A stretch of DNA of 64,000 nucleotides from Prevotella sp. (GTDB taxonomy: Bacteria > Bacteroidota > Bacteroidia > Bacteroidales > Dysgonomonadaceae): contig JAITVV010000084.1 in the NCBI GenBank assembly GCA_031285625.1, forward strand, positions 32,001 to 96,000, read 5' to 3'. This document shows positions 17,649 to 27,919 of this stretch, one piece after another (position 1 is the first letter of the stretch; each line of letters begins with the position of its first letter). The notes below the pieces were generated by a model. The model ran no database searches. It was not told the DNA's origin and saw only the letters and a program-made list of their open reading frames with translations. Made by a program: the position numbers and the translations under genes.

Positions 17649-18896
17649 TTATTTGCTTAATATACTTTCGGCGATTGCCAATGCACTTAATATAGATACA
17701 CCCGCACCACAACCTTCTTTAATAGGATTAAATCCTTCGAGAATAGCTCCTGAAACATATAGGTTATCAATAGCCTGCCCCTGCAATAATCCCCGGAACG
17801 AACGATCTGTTTTCACACCAAACTTCTGATAACCTTGTGATTCAAATATCTTAGTATTATACCACTCTTTCCTGTCGGGTGCATAAGATACATCCAAATT
17901 GAAAACAGGCTCATAGATACGATCGGAAGTAGCAATCAATCCCTGACTAAAGTAACTGCCTGTAGCCAGAACCACATCTTTACCCGTGAATGGAATATCC
18001 CCATGATTGTAAGAATAAAGCCTCACCACTTTATTGCCCTCTATATCAGCTTTCTTCACACTATCACCTAACATATACACACCACCCAATTTCAGAAAAT
18101 AGTCATGCAGATATTGTTGTGTATGAATTCCCACTATCGAAGGGGGCATCGTAGGTATCAGAAAAATCGGTTTTTCTACCGCTTCTTCCAGTTTATGCAA
18201 TGCATCAGACTCCAGACCAATACAGGCGGGGAAAATGATTGCATCACAACCGTTACTTTTCGCATTCAATATTTCAGCCAATTCACTTATTTTCTTATCC
18301 AGAACCCGTGCAATATTAGTAGATCGCAATTCACTGGGATTCCTGCGTAAATGCTCAATATCCGGTAAATCGAATAAGTGAATATCACTTTCTGTTCCTA
18401 ATTTCAAAAACTCATCCGCTATAAATTGAGGGTAGAAATCGAGAAAGCCAATAAGATTGAATATCGCTACTTTTTTCCAAGGCAATGACTCATTGATGTT
18501 ACTGGATGCAAATCCCTGAGTGGACAGCCATGTCGGTTTAAGCAATCCCATCGGGGTAACTCTATAGTGATTTTGCTTCGCATTACCTTTCAATGAAATG
18601 TTTACACCTTTGAAGAATTGCTCCGCTGTAAATGCCATATCTAAGAATTTATCCTTACCTAGTTTTGCATAAGGATGCTCCGGTGCCTGTCGTATTAATT
18701 CATCGATAGATGCAAGCGGGTTGCTAACCTCTGTCCCATCAGGTAAAACATTTAATAAATCAAAAGAGCCGGATGAAAAATGCAATGCGCTTTGCCCGGA
18801 TGAGATGATTACACAACGCTGTCCCTGCTGAGACAAACGTATTCCGCAAATCAGTCCGGATAATCCTCCACCTATTATAACTGTATCAAATTTCAT
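17649..18896 (-). CDS. glpB: Anaerobic glycerol-3-phosphate dehydrogenase subunit B
   Basis: IIGGGLSG, GQSALHFSSGSFDLL, PEHPY, LATGSYFSQGL, EGCGAGV. Confidence 0.96.
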   Translation of the reverse strand: MKFDTVIIGGGLSGLICGIRLSQQGQRCVIISSGQSALHFSSGSFDLLNVLPDGTEVSNPLASIDELIRQAPEHPYAKLGKDKFLDMAFTAEQFFKGVNISLKGNAKQNHYRVTPMGLLKPTWLSTQGFASSNINESLPWKKVAIFNLIGFLDFYPQFIADEFLKLGTESDIHLFDLPDIEHLRRNPSELRSTNIARVLDKKISELAEILNAKSNGCDAIIFPACIGLESDALHKLEEAVEKPIFLIPTMPPSIVGIHTQQYLHDYFLKLGGVYMLGDSVKKADIEGNKVVRLYSYNHGDIPFTGKDVVLATGSYFSQGLIATSDRIYEPVFNLDVSYAPDRKEWYNTKIFESQGYQKFGVKTDRSFRGLLQGQAIDNLYVSGAILEGFNPIKEGCGAGVSILSALAIAESILSK

Positions 18897-18903
18897 TTCA
18901 GTC

Positions 18904-20523
18904 TCATTTTTTTGTTGACGTTAGACCACAAATACTCTCATAAACCCAAGCAGTATATTCGCTTTCGCGCAGAGTATCTCCCCATGCAATAGGATAAACG
19001 CCTTTCCATCGTTCATTCAGGAATGAGGATAATTCTTCTTTGGCACGCTTGCTGCAAAACTTATCAGTACTACTCATGATACCTGCCGCTCTACAGGCAC
19101 ATAATTCTCCTTGACAAGTACCCATTCCTACACGGGTTCTGCGCCTCAGATCGACCAGGCTTTTTACATTTAATTCATCCAGTGCAAACTTAACCTCTCC
19201 AACAGAAACTTCTTCACATTCGCATACAAGGCTATTATCCAACTCTGTATTATCAGATAATTTTTCTGCCATATCTCCATGACGATAGATAGCCGATTTT
19301 CGCTGTGCTAATGGAAGTGAAACTATTTTTCGATTAATCTCTTCCAACTTCTCGCGTGAGCCCGGAAGATTTTCTTCTGCAGTAGTACAAGCAGCCGATA
19401 CATTTAGTTTTTCACATACGAGGTCGGTAGCCCATTCGGCCATCAGTCTGTAAGTCATAAGCTTTCCTCCGGTAATAGTTATATATCCCTGCAAGCCATC
19501 CCGTTTGGCATGATCCAACAATACTATACCGCGACTGACATTACGCCCTGTAGGATCATCGTCTGATGCAACCAGAGGACGTACTCCTGCATAAGCCCGC
19601 AAAATACGTGTTTTAGCTAAACGAGGAGATAGTTTTTCACCCTCACGTATCAGTATATCAACCTCCTCCGGTGTTACAATCATATTATCAATCTGATCGT
19701 AGGGTATATTTGTCGATGTTGTTCCTATCAACGATATTGTATCACCGGGTACCAGGATATCTGCATCGGCCGGTTTACGGCATCTGTTAAGAACCAGGTT
19801 ATTCACCCTGTGTCCAAAAATCAACAGGGAGCCTTTAGCCGGCAACATATTTACAGTGACACCTGCAAGTTGCGATATATGTTGTCCCCATATACCTCCT
19901 GCATTAACGACAATAGATCCATATATTTGTTTTGTTTCTTTTGCTTTGTGATCAAATACCTCAACCCCAGTCACACGATCTTGCTCTTTAAGCAATCCTA
20001 TAACTTCATGATAAGTTAATACTGAGGCTCCGTGATCTTTCGCATCTATCATATTTGAAGCGGTTAGCCGGAACGGGTCGACTGAACCATCAGGAACCTT
20101 TACTGCTCCAATAATATCAGGATTAGCGGAGGGTTCGAGAAGTAATGCTGCTTTAGGGTCGATCACCTCTGCTCTAATTCCGGCAGAAATGCAGGCCTCC
20201 ACAAATTTGGCCTGATAATTTATATCATCTTCCGGCAGGCTTAGAAATAAGCCATTTGTTTCTTCCACGCAATGGCTGGCTATTCTTTTCAGAATCATAT
20301 TTTCTTTGATGCATTCTTCAGCCGACTCTCTGTCAGTTACAGCATAACGGGCACCACTATGCAACAAACCATGATTACGGCCGGTTGCACCTGTAGCAAT
20401 ATCATACCGCTCAAGCAACAAAGCCTTTAATCCTCTACGGGAACAATCACGGGCTACCCCTGCTCCTGTTGCACCCCCACCAATGATTATAACATCAAAT
20501 ATTTTTGTAGATTCCATATTCAT
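18904..20523 (-). CDS. glpA: Anaerobic glycerol-3-phosphate dehydrogenase subunit A
   Basis: GGGATG, GATGRNHGLLHSGARYA, GGKLMTYRLMAE, C-terminal CECE...GTCQGELC. Start at ATG 20523 or 20517. Confidence 0.96.
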   Translation of the reverse strand: MNMESTKIFDVIIIGGGATGAGVARDCSRRGLKALLLERYDIATGATGRNHGLLHSGARYAVTDRESAEECIKENMILKRIASHCVEETNGLFLSLPEDDINYQAKFVEACISAGIRAEVIDPKAALLLEPSANPDIIGAVKVPDGSVDPFRLTASNMIDAKDHGASVLTYHEVIGLLKEQDRVTGVEVFDHKAKETKQIYGSIVVNAGGIWGQHISQLAGVTVNMLPAKGSLLIFGHRVNNLVLNRCRKPADADILVPGDTISLIGTTSTNIPYDQIDNMIVTPEEVDILIREGEKLSPRLAKTRILRAYAGVRPLVASDDDPTGRNVSRGIVLLDHAKRDGLQGYITITGGKLMTYRLMAEWATDLVCEKLNVSAACTTAEENLPGSREKLEEINRKIVSLPLAQRKSAIYRHGDMAEKLSDNTELDNSLVCECEEVSVGEVKFALDELNVKSLVDLRRRTRVGMGTCQGELCACRAAGIMSSTDKFCSKRAKEELSSFLNERWKGVYPIAWGDTLRESEYTAWVYESICGLTSTKK

Positions 20524-20615
20524 TTTATTAAGCCTATACAAATAAACGAATAAAACGGAAGATATCAAAACAAAATAAAGTTTATTTCGAAAGATATCGA
20601 AACTTTTATTATAAA

Positions 20616-20645
20616 GAAAAGGGAAACCGATTTGGCTTCCCTTTC
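20616..20645 (-). terminator. Hairpin between porin and glpA
   Basis: GAAAAGGGAAACC..GGCTTCCCTTTC inverted repeat. It separates the porin gene from a glpA upstream region that carries its own TCGAAA boxes. Confidence 0.6.
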
Positions 20646-20668
20646 AAACATCAGACTGATTTCAACTA

Positions 20669-21841
20669 TTAGAATACGACTTGCACCCTAGCCTGTATAG
20701 CATTAATATTTTCTCCTGCAGCAAGAGGATTATTACGTCCTAAAGCTACATTTGAATAATCTAATCTGAACATTACATATTTATTCAGATAATAGTTACC
20801 TGCAAATGACCAGTCACTCATACGACCGCCTTTTATACCAGAATGGGCATTATCCAGGTCAGTATAGTTATATCTCAATGCAAACTCCAAAGACTTAGGC
20901 TTAGGAGTTCCCATTCTGGCCCATGATGCAGAGTAAGTATAATTTCCTCCGATAGCCAGAAAACCTATCTGAGCATATGCTCCACTAGCTTTATATGCAG
21001 GAAGATCATCTTTACGTTCTACATTACTATGGAAATATTCCGCCTGAAGATGTACCGGTCCATAGGCGCCGATCAGTTCCACTGCATATTTTGCCTGATA
21101 ATCAGCATTGGCTATACTCGCATTTATAAATTTACGTTTCTCTACGTTTGTTATCAATGAGCTTCCATAACCAATTGTCTTAGGTTTCTGCACGCCATCA
21201 GCATCAAATCCATTCGCATCAGCTTTACGATACGAGCCAGCCAGACCGATATGAAATATTTTACCTTCCTGTTGGAGCGGATTAAATACGACACGCCCGG
21301 TTGCTGCATAGCCATCATCACCTTCAATAGAGTTATTCATAGAATCCCCATCAGCAAAAGCACCGATACCTACCCACATATATTTATTCCATCCAATATA
21401 TTCAACTCCTAGCTTTCTTCCCGGAGAAAAAGCAAAAGAAGAAGCATTAGCCGTGATGAACTTAATATTTGCCGAACTTTCCATATGATCAATACCAAAA
21501 GGCTCTGCAAAATGTCCTCCTCTGACATATGATGTCTTATTCAGATTATATTGCAGGAAAATATCTTTATAACCTACTTTTCCTCCGGCAAATCCGATAT
21601 CGACTTTCACATCAAAACTTTTATACTTGGCTTTCAGTCCCAGACGGACATCGGTCAAGGCTACCCCATTACTCAGATCGGTTTCATCTTCAAGGTATGT
21701 AGCTCCATCAAAGTAGAAACGTCCCATCGGAGTGATCTTGATAGTTTCCTCTCCTACTTTCACATCTACCGATTGTGCCGAAAGTGATGCAAATCCAAGT
21801 ATTAGCAGGACAATAACTATATTTAATCTGTGACTAAACAT
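20669..21841 (-). CDS. Phosphate-selective porin, OprO/OprP family
   Basis: Signal peptide; GRFYFD, VRLG, KDIFLQY, GHFAEPFGID, HLQAEY, GAYAQ, FALRYNYTDL, NYYLN, ARVQVVF C-terminus. Confidence 0.85.
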   Translation of the reverse strand: MFSHRLNIVIVLLILGFASLSAQSVDVKVGEETIKITPMGRFYFDGATYLEDETDLSNGVALTDVRLGLKAKYKSFDVKVDIGFAGGKVGYKDIFLQYNLNKTSYVRGGHFAEPFGIDHMESSANIKFITANASSFAFSPGRKLGVEYIGWNKYMWVGIGAFADGDSMNNSIEGDDGYAATGRVVFNPLQQEGKIFHIGLAGSYRKADANGFDADGVQKPKTIGYGSSLITNVEKRKFINASIANADYQAKYAVELIGAYGPVHLQAEYFHSNVERKDDLPAYKASGAYAQIGFLAIGGNYTYSASWARMGTPKPKSLEFALRYNYTDLDNAHSGIKGGRMSDWSFAGNYYLNKYVMFRLDYSNVALGRNNPLAAGENINAIQARVQVVF

Positions 21842-21843
21842 AA

Positions 21844-22797
21844 CTATGGTTTTTTATTGGTTTTATTAGCCTTCATACCCATTTCTTTTGTTACGTAAGT
21901 ATGATTTCCTTCAGGAACGTCGTTACAATAAACGATTACCGCATTTGGGTCTTTATCCCAATATTGTTTCACTGTCATACCTTCCATATTTCCGGCATGT
22001 TCTTTTTCAATCTTAACATTATCAGGATTAACCATCAATTTCATACCTACCGATTCATCCATCATTTCCATGTCGCCACGGCTGTTACCACCTACGATAA
22101 TAGGACGCGCCTTAATAAATGTATGGATAGTTTCACCTTTACCCCAGTCTTGAGGAACAGGAGTCACCATTTCATCTGTAGTTTTTCCATCCCTTACAGT
22201 AGATTTTACACCAATAATGCGATCTACAGGAATACCAAGTTGTTCGTGAACGAAACGTTGATAAAGAAATTCGGGAGAAGCTGTAAGCACCCATATTTCA
22301 ATACCGTATTCTTGCAGATTAGCTAAAAATTCTTTCATCTCAGGATACATTTTACCTTGAAATTTTTCATGGAAAGAATTATTCCCAATTGTAGCAATTT
22401 CGTCCGGAGTAAGACCTGCAAAATATTTAATACGTTTCTGTACATAAGCTATACCCACGTTGTCAGGTCCGTTTACCATATCATCCACAATTGCCATTTT
22501 TTCTTTGGAATATTTGTCGTTTTTACCTGCATATGTCTTTTTTGCATGGTCTAAAAGAGCCTCATCCGCCAGATAATAGGGAACTTGACCGAATAAAGTT
22601 CCGTCGCAGTCAAATATAGCGACTTTACGTTCTTTCATGGTGATTGTAGAATTCAAAAAGCTTTCTATACGATCATTTGCCTCCTTAGGCCATCCTTTAA
22701 TATAACGGTACGTTTGAGCGGTTAAAGCAAACGAAGAGGATAATAACATCACCGCTACAAGGCATAACGCCTTGCGCATAAAATTCATTTTTTTCAT
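21844..22797 (-). CDS. HAD-family phosphatase, secreted (phosphoserine/phosphorylcholine phosphatase-like)
   Basis: Signal peptide; motif I FDCDGTL, motif II LTASP, motif III GK, motif IV GNSRGD. Confidence 0.85.
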   Translation of the reverse strand: MKKMNFMRKALCLVAVMLLSSSFALTAQTYRYIKGWPKEANDRIESFLNSTITMKERKVAIFDCDGTLFGQVPYYLADEALLDHAKKTYAGKNDKYSKEKMAIVDDMVNGPDNVGIAYVQKRIKYFAGLTPDEIATIGNNSFHEKFQGKMYPEMKEFLANLQEYGIEIWVLTASPEFLYQRFVHEQLGIPVDRIIGVKSTVRDGKTTDEMVTPVPQDWGKGETIHTFIKARPIIVGGNSRGDMEMMDESVGMKLMVNPDNVKIEKEHAGNMEGMTVKQYWDKDPNAVIVYCNDVPEGNHTYVTKEMGMKANKTNKKP

Positions 22798-22855
22798 AAT
22801 AAGAAAATTTACAGATTAATAACTACTTGATTTTTAGTATTCTTTTTGATTAGAT

Positions 22856-23551
22856 TTAACTTACGATCATAAATAATCCGGCAGCAAGGACTGCTCCCAC
22901 AGAAGGACCTAATACAGGAATCCAGGAATACCCCCAATCACTATCCCTTTTTCCTTTTATAGGCAATATGGCATGGGCTATACGAGGCCCTAAGTCACGT
23001 GCCGGGTTAATGGCGTATCCTGTGGTTCCTCCTAATGACATACCAATTGCAACAATTAGTAAAGAAACCGGTAGAGGCCCGGCAATCTCAGCTCCACGAA
23101 CCATCAATATACCAAATACGAGTATAAATGTTCCGATTACTTCACTCATAAAATTATAGAAGTACGCCCTTATGGCAGGACCTGTACAAAACACACCTTT
23201 CTTAGCATCAGGGTTTTCCTCTGCATCAAAGTGAGGTTTATACATAAGAAACACCAAACTGGCACCTAAAATAGCACCGAGTATTTGTGCTACAATATAA
23301 CCAACAACGCTACCTTCAAAACTCCCAGCCAATGCAAGTCCTATAGTAACTGCAGGATTCAGATGGGCCCCCGAATAAGGCGCAGAAATAAAGGCGGCAA
23401 CAAAAACGGCAAAACCCCAGCCAAATGCAATCACACCCCAGCCGGCGCCATTACCCAATGTCTTTTTCAGAGAAACATTCGCACATACCCCTGCCCCAAA
23501 GAGTATTAAAATTGCTGTTCCGATGAATTCGAATATTATATCTTTTCCCAT
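22856..23551 (-). CDS. glpF: Glycerol uptake facilitator (aquaglyceroporin)
   Basis: SGAHLNPAVT and GYAINPARDLGPR NPA boxes; adjacent to glpK. Confidence 0.95.
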   Translation of the reverse strand: MGKDIIFEFIGTAILILFGAGVCANVSLKKTLGNGAGWGVIAFGWGFAVFVAAFISAPYSGAHLNPAVTIGLALAGSFEGSVVGYIVAQILGAILGASLVFLMYKPHFDAEENPDAKKGVFCTGPAIRAYFYNFMSEVIGTFILVFGILMVRGAEIAGPLPVSLLIVAIGMSLGGTTGYAINPARDLGPRIAHAILPIKGKRDSDWGYSWIPVLGPSVGAVLAAGLFMIVS

Positions 23552-23608
23552 GGTATTATATTACTTTTACAAGTATAGATTTAGTACAGTTAGTTTTATA
23601 TAGGGGTA

Positions 23609-25099
23609 TTATTTAACCCAGGAACGTGAGCGATAAACGGCATCACTCCATTTCCTTTTGGCCAGCTGCATATCAAGACTTTTATCCGGTTCGAAACGAG
23701 ACTCAACATGCCATTGTTTCTGTACTTCTTCTATATTTTCCCAATAGCCGACAGCCAGACCTGCCAGATAGGCGGCACCAAGCGCTGTGGTTTCTGTGGT
23801 TTGAGGACGTATCACTGTTTGCCCAAGTACATCAGACTGGAATTGCATTAGCAGATCATTTTTAGCAGCACCACCATCAACGCGAAGCTCTTTCAATCCG
23901 ACACCTGCATCCAGAATCATAGCATTAATAACATCCATTGTCTGATATGCAATACCTTCCAAAGCAGCCCTTGCTATATGTGCTGCGGTTGTTCCCCTGG
24001 ATATTCCTACAATAGTACCACGCGCATACTGATCCCAATATGGAGCACCTAACCCTGTAAGGGCAGGTACAAAATATACATCCCCACTATCAGGAACCTT
24101 CATAGCCAGTTGTTCGATTTCAGCCGAGGATTCTATTATATTCAATCCGTCTCTCAACCATTGTACAATAGCTCCTCCCATAAAAATACTGCCTTCCAAT
24201 GCATATGCTGTCTTACCACCTACCTGCCATGCAATAGTAGTAATAAGATTATTTTTAGAAAAAACAGGTTCTTCACCAGTATTCATCAAGATAAAGCAGC
24301 CTGTACCGTAGGTATTTTTCACCATACCTTTTTCTATACACATTTGCCCAAACAAAGCGGCCTGTTGGTCTCCGGCAATTCCGGCAATAGGTACTTTAGA
24401 TGCAAAAATTGTAGTTTTGGTATGCCCATAGATTTCGCTCGAAGCACAAACCCGTGGCATCATACTTTTAGGTATATTGAAGAGTTTCAATAGATCTTCA
24501 TCCCATTCCAAAGAGCTGATATTAAACAACATGGTACGTGATGCATTCGTCACATCGGTTACATGCATTTCACCTCTTGTTAGCTGCCATACAATCCAGG
24601 AATCGACAGTTCCAAAAACCAGATCTCCTTTTTCGGCTTTTTCCCTTGCCCCGTCTACATTATCCAATATCCATTTTATCTTAGTAGCACTAAAATAGGC
24701 GTCTATTATCAGCCCGGTTTTATCTTTTATACAAGGTAAATATCCTTCATTTTTAAGCTTATCACAATAATCGGAAGTCCGCCTGTCTTGCCATACAATA
24801 GCGTTATACACCGGTTCTCCGGTTTTTCTATCCCAAACAATTGTAGTTTCGCGCTGGTTTGTAATTCCTATAGCGGCAATATTGCTCCCGTTTATTCCAA
24901 TTTTTGTAATTGCCTCTGCAGCAACTGCAGCTTGCGACGACCATATTTCATGAGGATCGTGCTCTACCCAGCCACTTTGCGGGAAAATTTGCGTAAATTC
25001 CTTCTGTGCAACAGAACAAATTTCGCCTTTGCGGTTAAATACTATTGCCCTGGAACTGGTGGTTCCTGCATCAAATGATAAAATATATTGCTCTTCCAT
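23609..25099 (-). CDS. glpK: Glycerol kinase
   Basis: [49 protein letters not shown]. Start at 25099 (MEEQYIL). Confidence 0.97.
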   Translation of the reverse strand: MEEQYILSFDAGTTSSRAIVFNRKGEICSVAQKEFTQIFPQSGWVEHDPHEIWSSQAAVAAEAITKIGINGSNIAAIGITNQRETTIVWDRKTGEPVYNAIVWQDRRTSDYCDKLKNEGYLPCIKDKTGLIIDAYFSATKIKWILDNVDGAREKAEKGDLVFGTVDSWIVWQLTRGEMHVTDVTNASRTMLFNISSLEWDEDLLKLFNIPKSMMPRVCASSEIYGHTKTTIFASKVPIAGIAGDQQAALFGQMCIEKGMVKNTYGTGCFILMNTGEEPVFSKNNLITTIAWQVGGKTAYALEGSIFMGGAIVQWLRDGLNIIESSAEIEQLAMKVPDSGDVYFVPALTGLGAPYWDQYARGTIVGISRGTTAAHIARAALEGIAYQTMDVINAMILDAGVGLKELRVDGGAAKNDLLMQFQSDVLGQTVIRPQTTETTALGAAYLAGLAVGYWENIEEVQKQWHVESRFEPDKSLDMQLAKRKWSDAVYRSRSWVK

Positions 25100-25144
25100 G
25101 GTATAATTAGGTATTTTAGATTCATGTAATTTGCTCATCAACAC

Positions 25145-26728
25145 TTACGGTCGATAAGGTACTAATAAATAATGTTGTGCCAAGTCTACAAATTCATTTA
25201 TTTGAGTATTTTGCCACTCTGCATCTTTACCCATTTCCTTAGCCATAACAGCAGCAACTTTCGGAGCCATATCAATAGCTGCCCGGGCATCAAGAAATAA
25301 AATCCTAAGCCTTCTTGCCAAAACATCTTCTACAGTTAAAGCCATTTCCTCCCTTACAGCCCAAACGACTTCAGATGCTGTATAATCATAGTCGGGATGC
25401 AGCTTTTCAGCTAAACTAATATCTTCCTTTTGCAGCCGTTGAATATTATCAATATCACATCCATATACATAGTTAAAGTTAGATCTATCTACATTTTCCT
25501 TATAACCATGTATCTGTAGCTCTCTTGTTCTACACTCTTTATGCTCCAGCTTGCCCACAGCAATTGCTTTATTTATCACATCCTCAGCCATATCACGGTA
25601 TGTAGTCCATTTTCCGCCTGTAATAGTCATTAGCCCACTGTCAGAAATAACGATTTTATGACTGCGTGATATCTCTTTCGTTTTTGTACCATCAGCATTA
25701 TTTTTTGGTGCAGCAAGCGGCCTAAGCCCTGCAAACACAGAAAGCACATCTTCCCGTTTTGGTTTTTTAGCAAGGTATTGCCCGGCAGTTGTAAGAATAA
25801 ATTCTATTTCTTCCTCTAACGCCTGCGGCTCCAATACAAATTCTTTAAGAGGAGTATCGGTTGTCCCCAATACAACTTTATCATGCCACGGAACGCCAAA
25901 CATCACTCGACCGTCACTGGTTTTGGGCACCATTATAGCAGTATCACCTCCCAGGAATGATTTATCAACAACAAGATGCACACCCTGACTCGGACGTACA
26001 ATATTATCCTTTTCGGGAGCATCCATCTTCATCAGGTCATCCACAAATATACCTGTTGCGTTGATAACCATTTTCGCATGAAGAGTATAATTCTTCCCAC
26101 TCAGTTCATCATAAACTTTTGCCCCAGATATTTTACCCGATTCATCTTTAGTAAGACTTGTTACTTTCACATAATTAGCAACAACCGCCCCTTGCTCTAC
26201 AGCCGTTTGCATCAGATTAATACCCATACGGGAATCATCAAACTGTCCATCATGATAGACAACACCACCCCTCAATTTATCAAGAGCTATCTGGGGAATT
26301 TCTTTTATCACCGCCTTCTTACTCATAGGCAAAGACCTCCCTAGACCTCGTTTACCTGCAAGAATATCGTAAATAGTTAATCCAATGGTATAAAATGGCT
26401 TTTCCCACCATTTATAGTTACCTATAATAAATCGTTGATCTTTTACTAAATGAGGAGCATTCTTTTTCATTAATCCCCTTTCTCTAAGAGCTTCAATAAC
26501 CAAGCCAACATCTCCCTGAGCCAGATAGCGCACACCTCCATGCACCAACTTTGTACTACGACTGGAAGTTGCCTTTGTAAAGTCAGCCTGCTCCACAAGC
26601 ACCACCTTAAAGCCGCGCGACGCAGCATCAACGGCAGCGCCTAAACCTGTAGCTCCACCACCGACAACAACAAAGTCCCAAATTACAGATTCATCGGCTA
26701 TTTTATTTATATAATCTTCCCTTTTCAT
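25145..26728 (-). CDS. glpD: FAD-dependent glycerol-3-phosphate dehydrogenase/oxidase (GlpD type)
   Basis: GGGATG, TSSRSTKLVHGGVRYL, DGQFDD, GLRPL, GGKWTTYR. Confidence 0.92.
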   Translation of the reverse strand: MKREDYINKIADESVIWDFVVVGGGATGLGAAVDAASRGFKVVLVEQADFTKATSSRSTKLVHGGVRYLAQGDVGLVIEALRERGLMKKNAPHLVKDQRFIIGNYKWWEKPFYTIGLTIYDILAGKRGLGRSLPMSKKAVIKEIPQIALDKLRGGVVYHDGQFDDSRMGINLMQTAVEQGAVVANYVKVTSLTKDESGKISGAKVYDELSGKNYTLHAKMVINATGIFVDDLMKMDAPEKDNIVRPSQGVHLVVDKSFLGGDTAIMVPKTSDGRVMFGVPWHDKVVLGTTDTPLKEFVLEPQALEEEIEFILTTAGQYLAKKPKREDVLSVFAGLRPLAAPKNNADGTKTKEISRSHKIVISDSGLMTITGGKWTTYRDMAEDVINKAIAVGKLEHKECRTRELQIHGYKENVDRSNFNYVYGCDIDNIQRLQKEDISLAEKLHPDYDYTASEVVWAVREEMALTVEDVLARRLRILFLDARAAIDMAPKVAAVMAKEMGKDAEWQNTQINEFVDLAQHYLLVPYRP

Positions 26729-26751
26729 GAATATTCTTAATTTGATTACTA

Positions 26752-26858
26752 CAAATATAAATTACTTTTTCAATAAAAAAAATAAAATTCGAAACTTTTT
26801 TAAACAATATCGAAATTATATAAAATAAATTCAAAATAATTCAAAGCAAATTCGAAAT
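26752..26858 (-). promoter_or_regulatory. glpD promoter with repeated TCGAAA boxes (candidate DeoR/GlpR operator)
   Basis: -7 TATATTTG at 26759-26752; TCGAAA at 26789, 26810 and 26852. TCGAAACTTT recurs at 20597 and 16392. Confidence 0.55.
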
Positions 26859-27006
26859 ATAAAACAAGATAAATCACTCAATAACAAACAACTACAATAT
26901 CCGAATTACAATTCCTATAAATACATAAACCCTATACCATAAGAATTAGTTCATTTAAACTAGATTTTTTATATCTTTGTGTATATGATCATTAATAATA
27001 TTGGGT

Positions 27007-27771
27007 ATGGGTAATATAGCTAAACGCCATAAGTATATTCTGGAACAGCTCAAAAGAGATGGCTATGTAAAGGTTCAGGAGCTAAGTTTAAAGCTGGGAG
27101 TATCCGAAGTTACGATTCGAAAGGATTTAAAACAACTCGAAAGTAAAAAGATGCTATATCGCAATCACGGTAGTGCAAGCAGCCTAAGTTCTATCATATC
27201 TGACAAGCACATTGATGTGAAAGAAAAAATGCATACTGATGAAAAACTACGCATAGCCAAAGAAGCAAATCGCCTGTTGGAACCGAATGATAAAATAATC
27301 ATAGCATCAGGCACAACTCTATTTGCTTTTGCAAATGAAATAAATACGAATGATAATCTTACTGTAATTACATCTTCTGTAAAAGTTTCGCTTGCATTAT
27401 GTTACAATCCGAACATCGAAATAATACAGCTAGGAGGTAGTATGAGGAAAAATTCCGTATCAGTAATAGGTCACTATGCCGAAAATATATTAGACAGCCT
27501 ATCATGTAATAAACTCTTTTTGGGGGTAGACGGCATTGACCTGGATTACGGATTGACTACTAGTGACATGAGCGAAGCGCGCATCAACCAACAAATGATA
27601 GATGCTGCCCAAAAAATAATTGTATTAACAGACTCCTCAAAGTTTGGCAAAAGAGGTTTTTGCAAGATATGTGATATTAATAAGATACATCATATAATAA
27701 CAGATTCAAATGCACCAAGCCATATAATAGATATGCTGCGCGAGAGGGAAATAGAAGTCACCCTTGTATAA
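27007..27771 (+). CDS. DeoR/GlpR/AgaR-family transcriptional repressor
   Basis: LGVSEVTIRKDLKQLE HTH, ASGTT, LFLGVDGID, DSSKFG; divergent from glpD; TATCTTTG promoter at 26972-26979. Confidence 0.93.
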   Translation: MGNIAKRHKYILEQLKRDGYVKVQELSLKLGVSEVTIRKDLKQLESKKMLYRNHGSASSLSSIISDKHIDVKEKMHTDEKLRIAKEANRLLEPNDKIIIASGTTLFAFANEINTNDNLTVITSSVKVSLALCYNPNIEIIQLGGSMRKNSVSVIGHYAENILDSLSCNKLFLGVDGIDLDYGLTTSDMSEARINQQMIDAAQKIIVLTDSSKFGKRGFCKICDINKIHHIITDSNAPSHIIDMLREREIEVTLV

Positions 27772-27792
27772 TATTTAATAAAGAATATAGTT

Positions 27793-27830
27793 AAATCCTG
27801 ACTTGATCCGATCCTGGTCAGGATTTTTTT
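27793..27830 (+). terminator. Intrinsic terminator after the DeoR gene
   Basis: AAATCCTGAC...GTCAGGATTTTTTT. A second hairpin at ~27836-27870 may serve the convergent phosphatase gene. Confidence 0.8.
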
Positions 27831-27919
27831 TAAATAATGAAGGATATCCCTTACGGAATACCCTTCATTTCTCAATATTAATGTTAATCAAGGCTTCACA
27901 GCTTTTTCTTATATATCTA

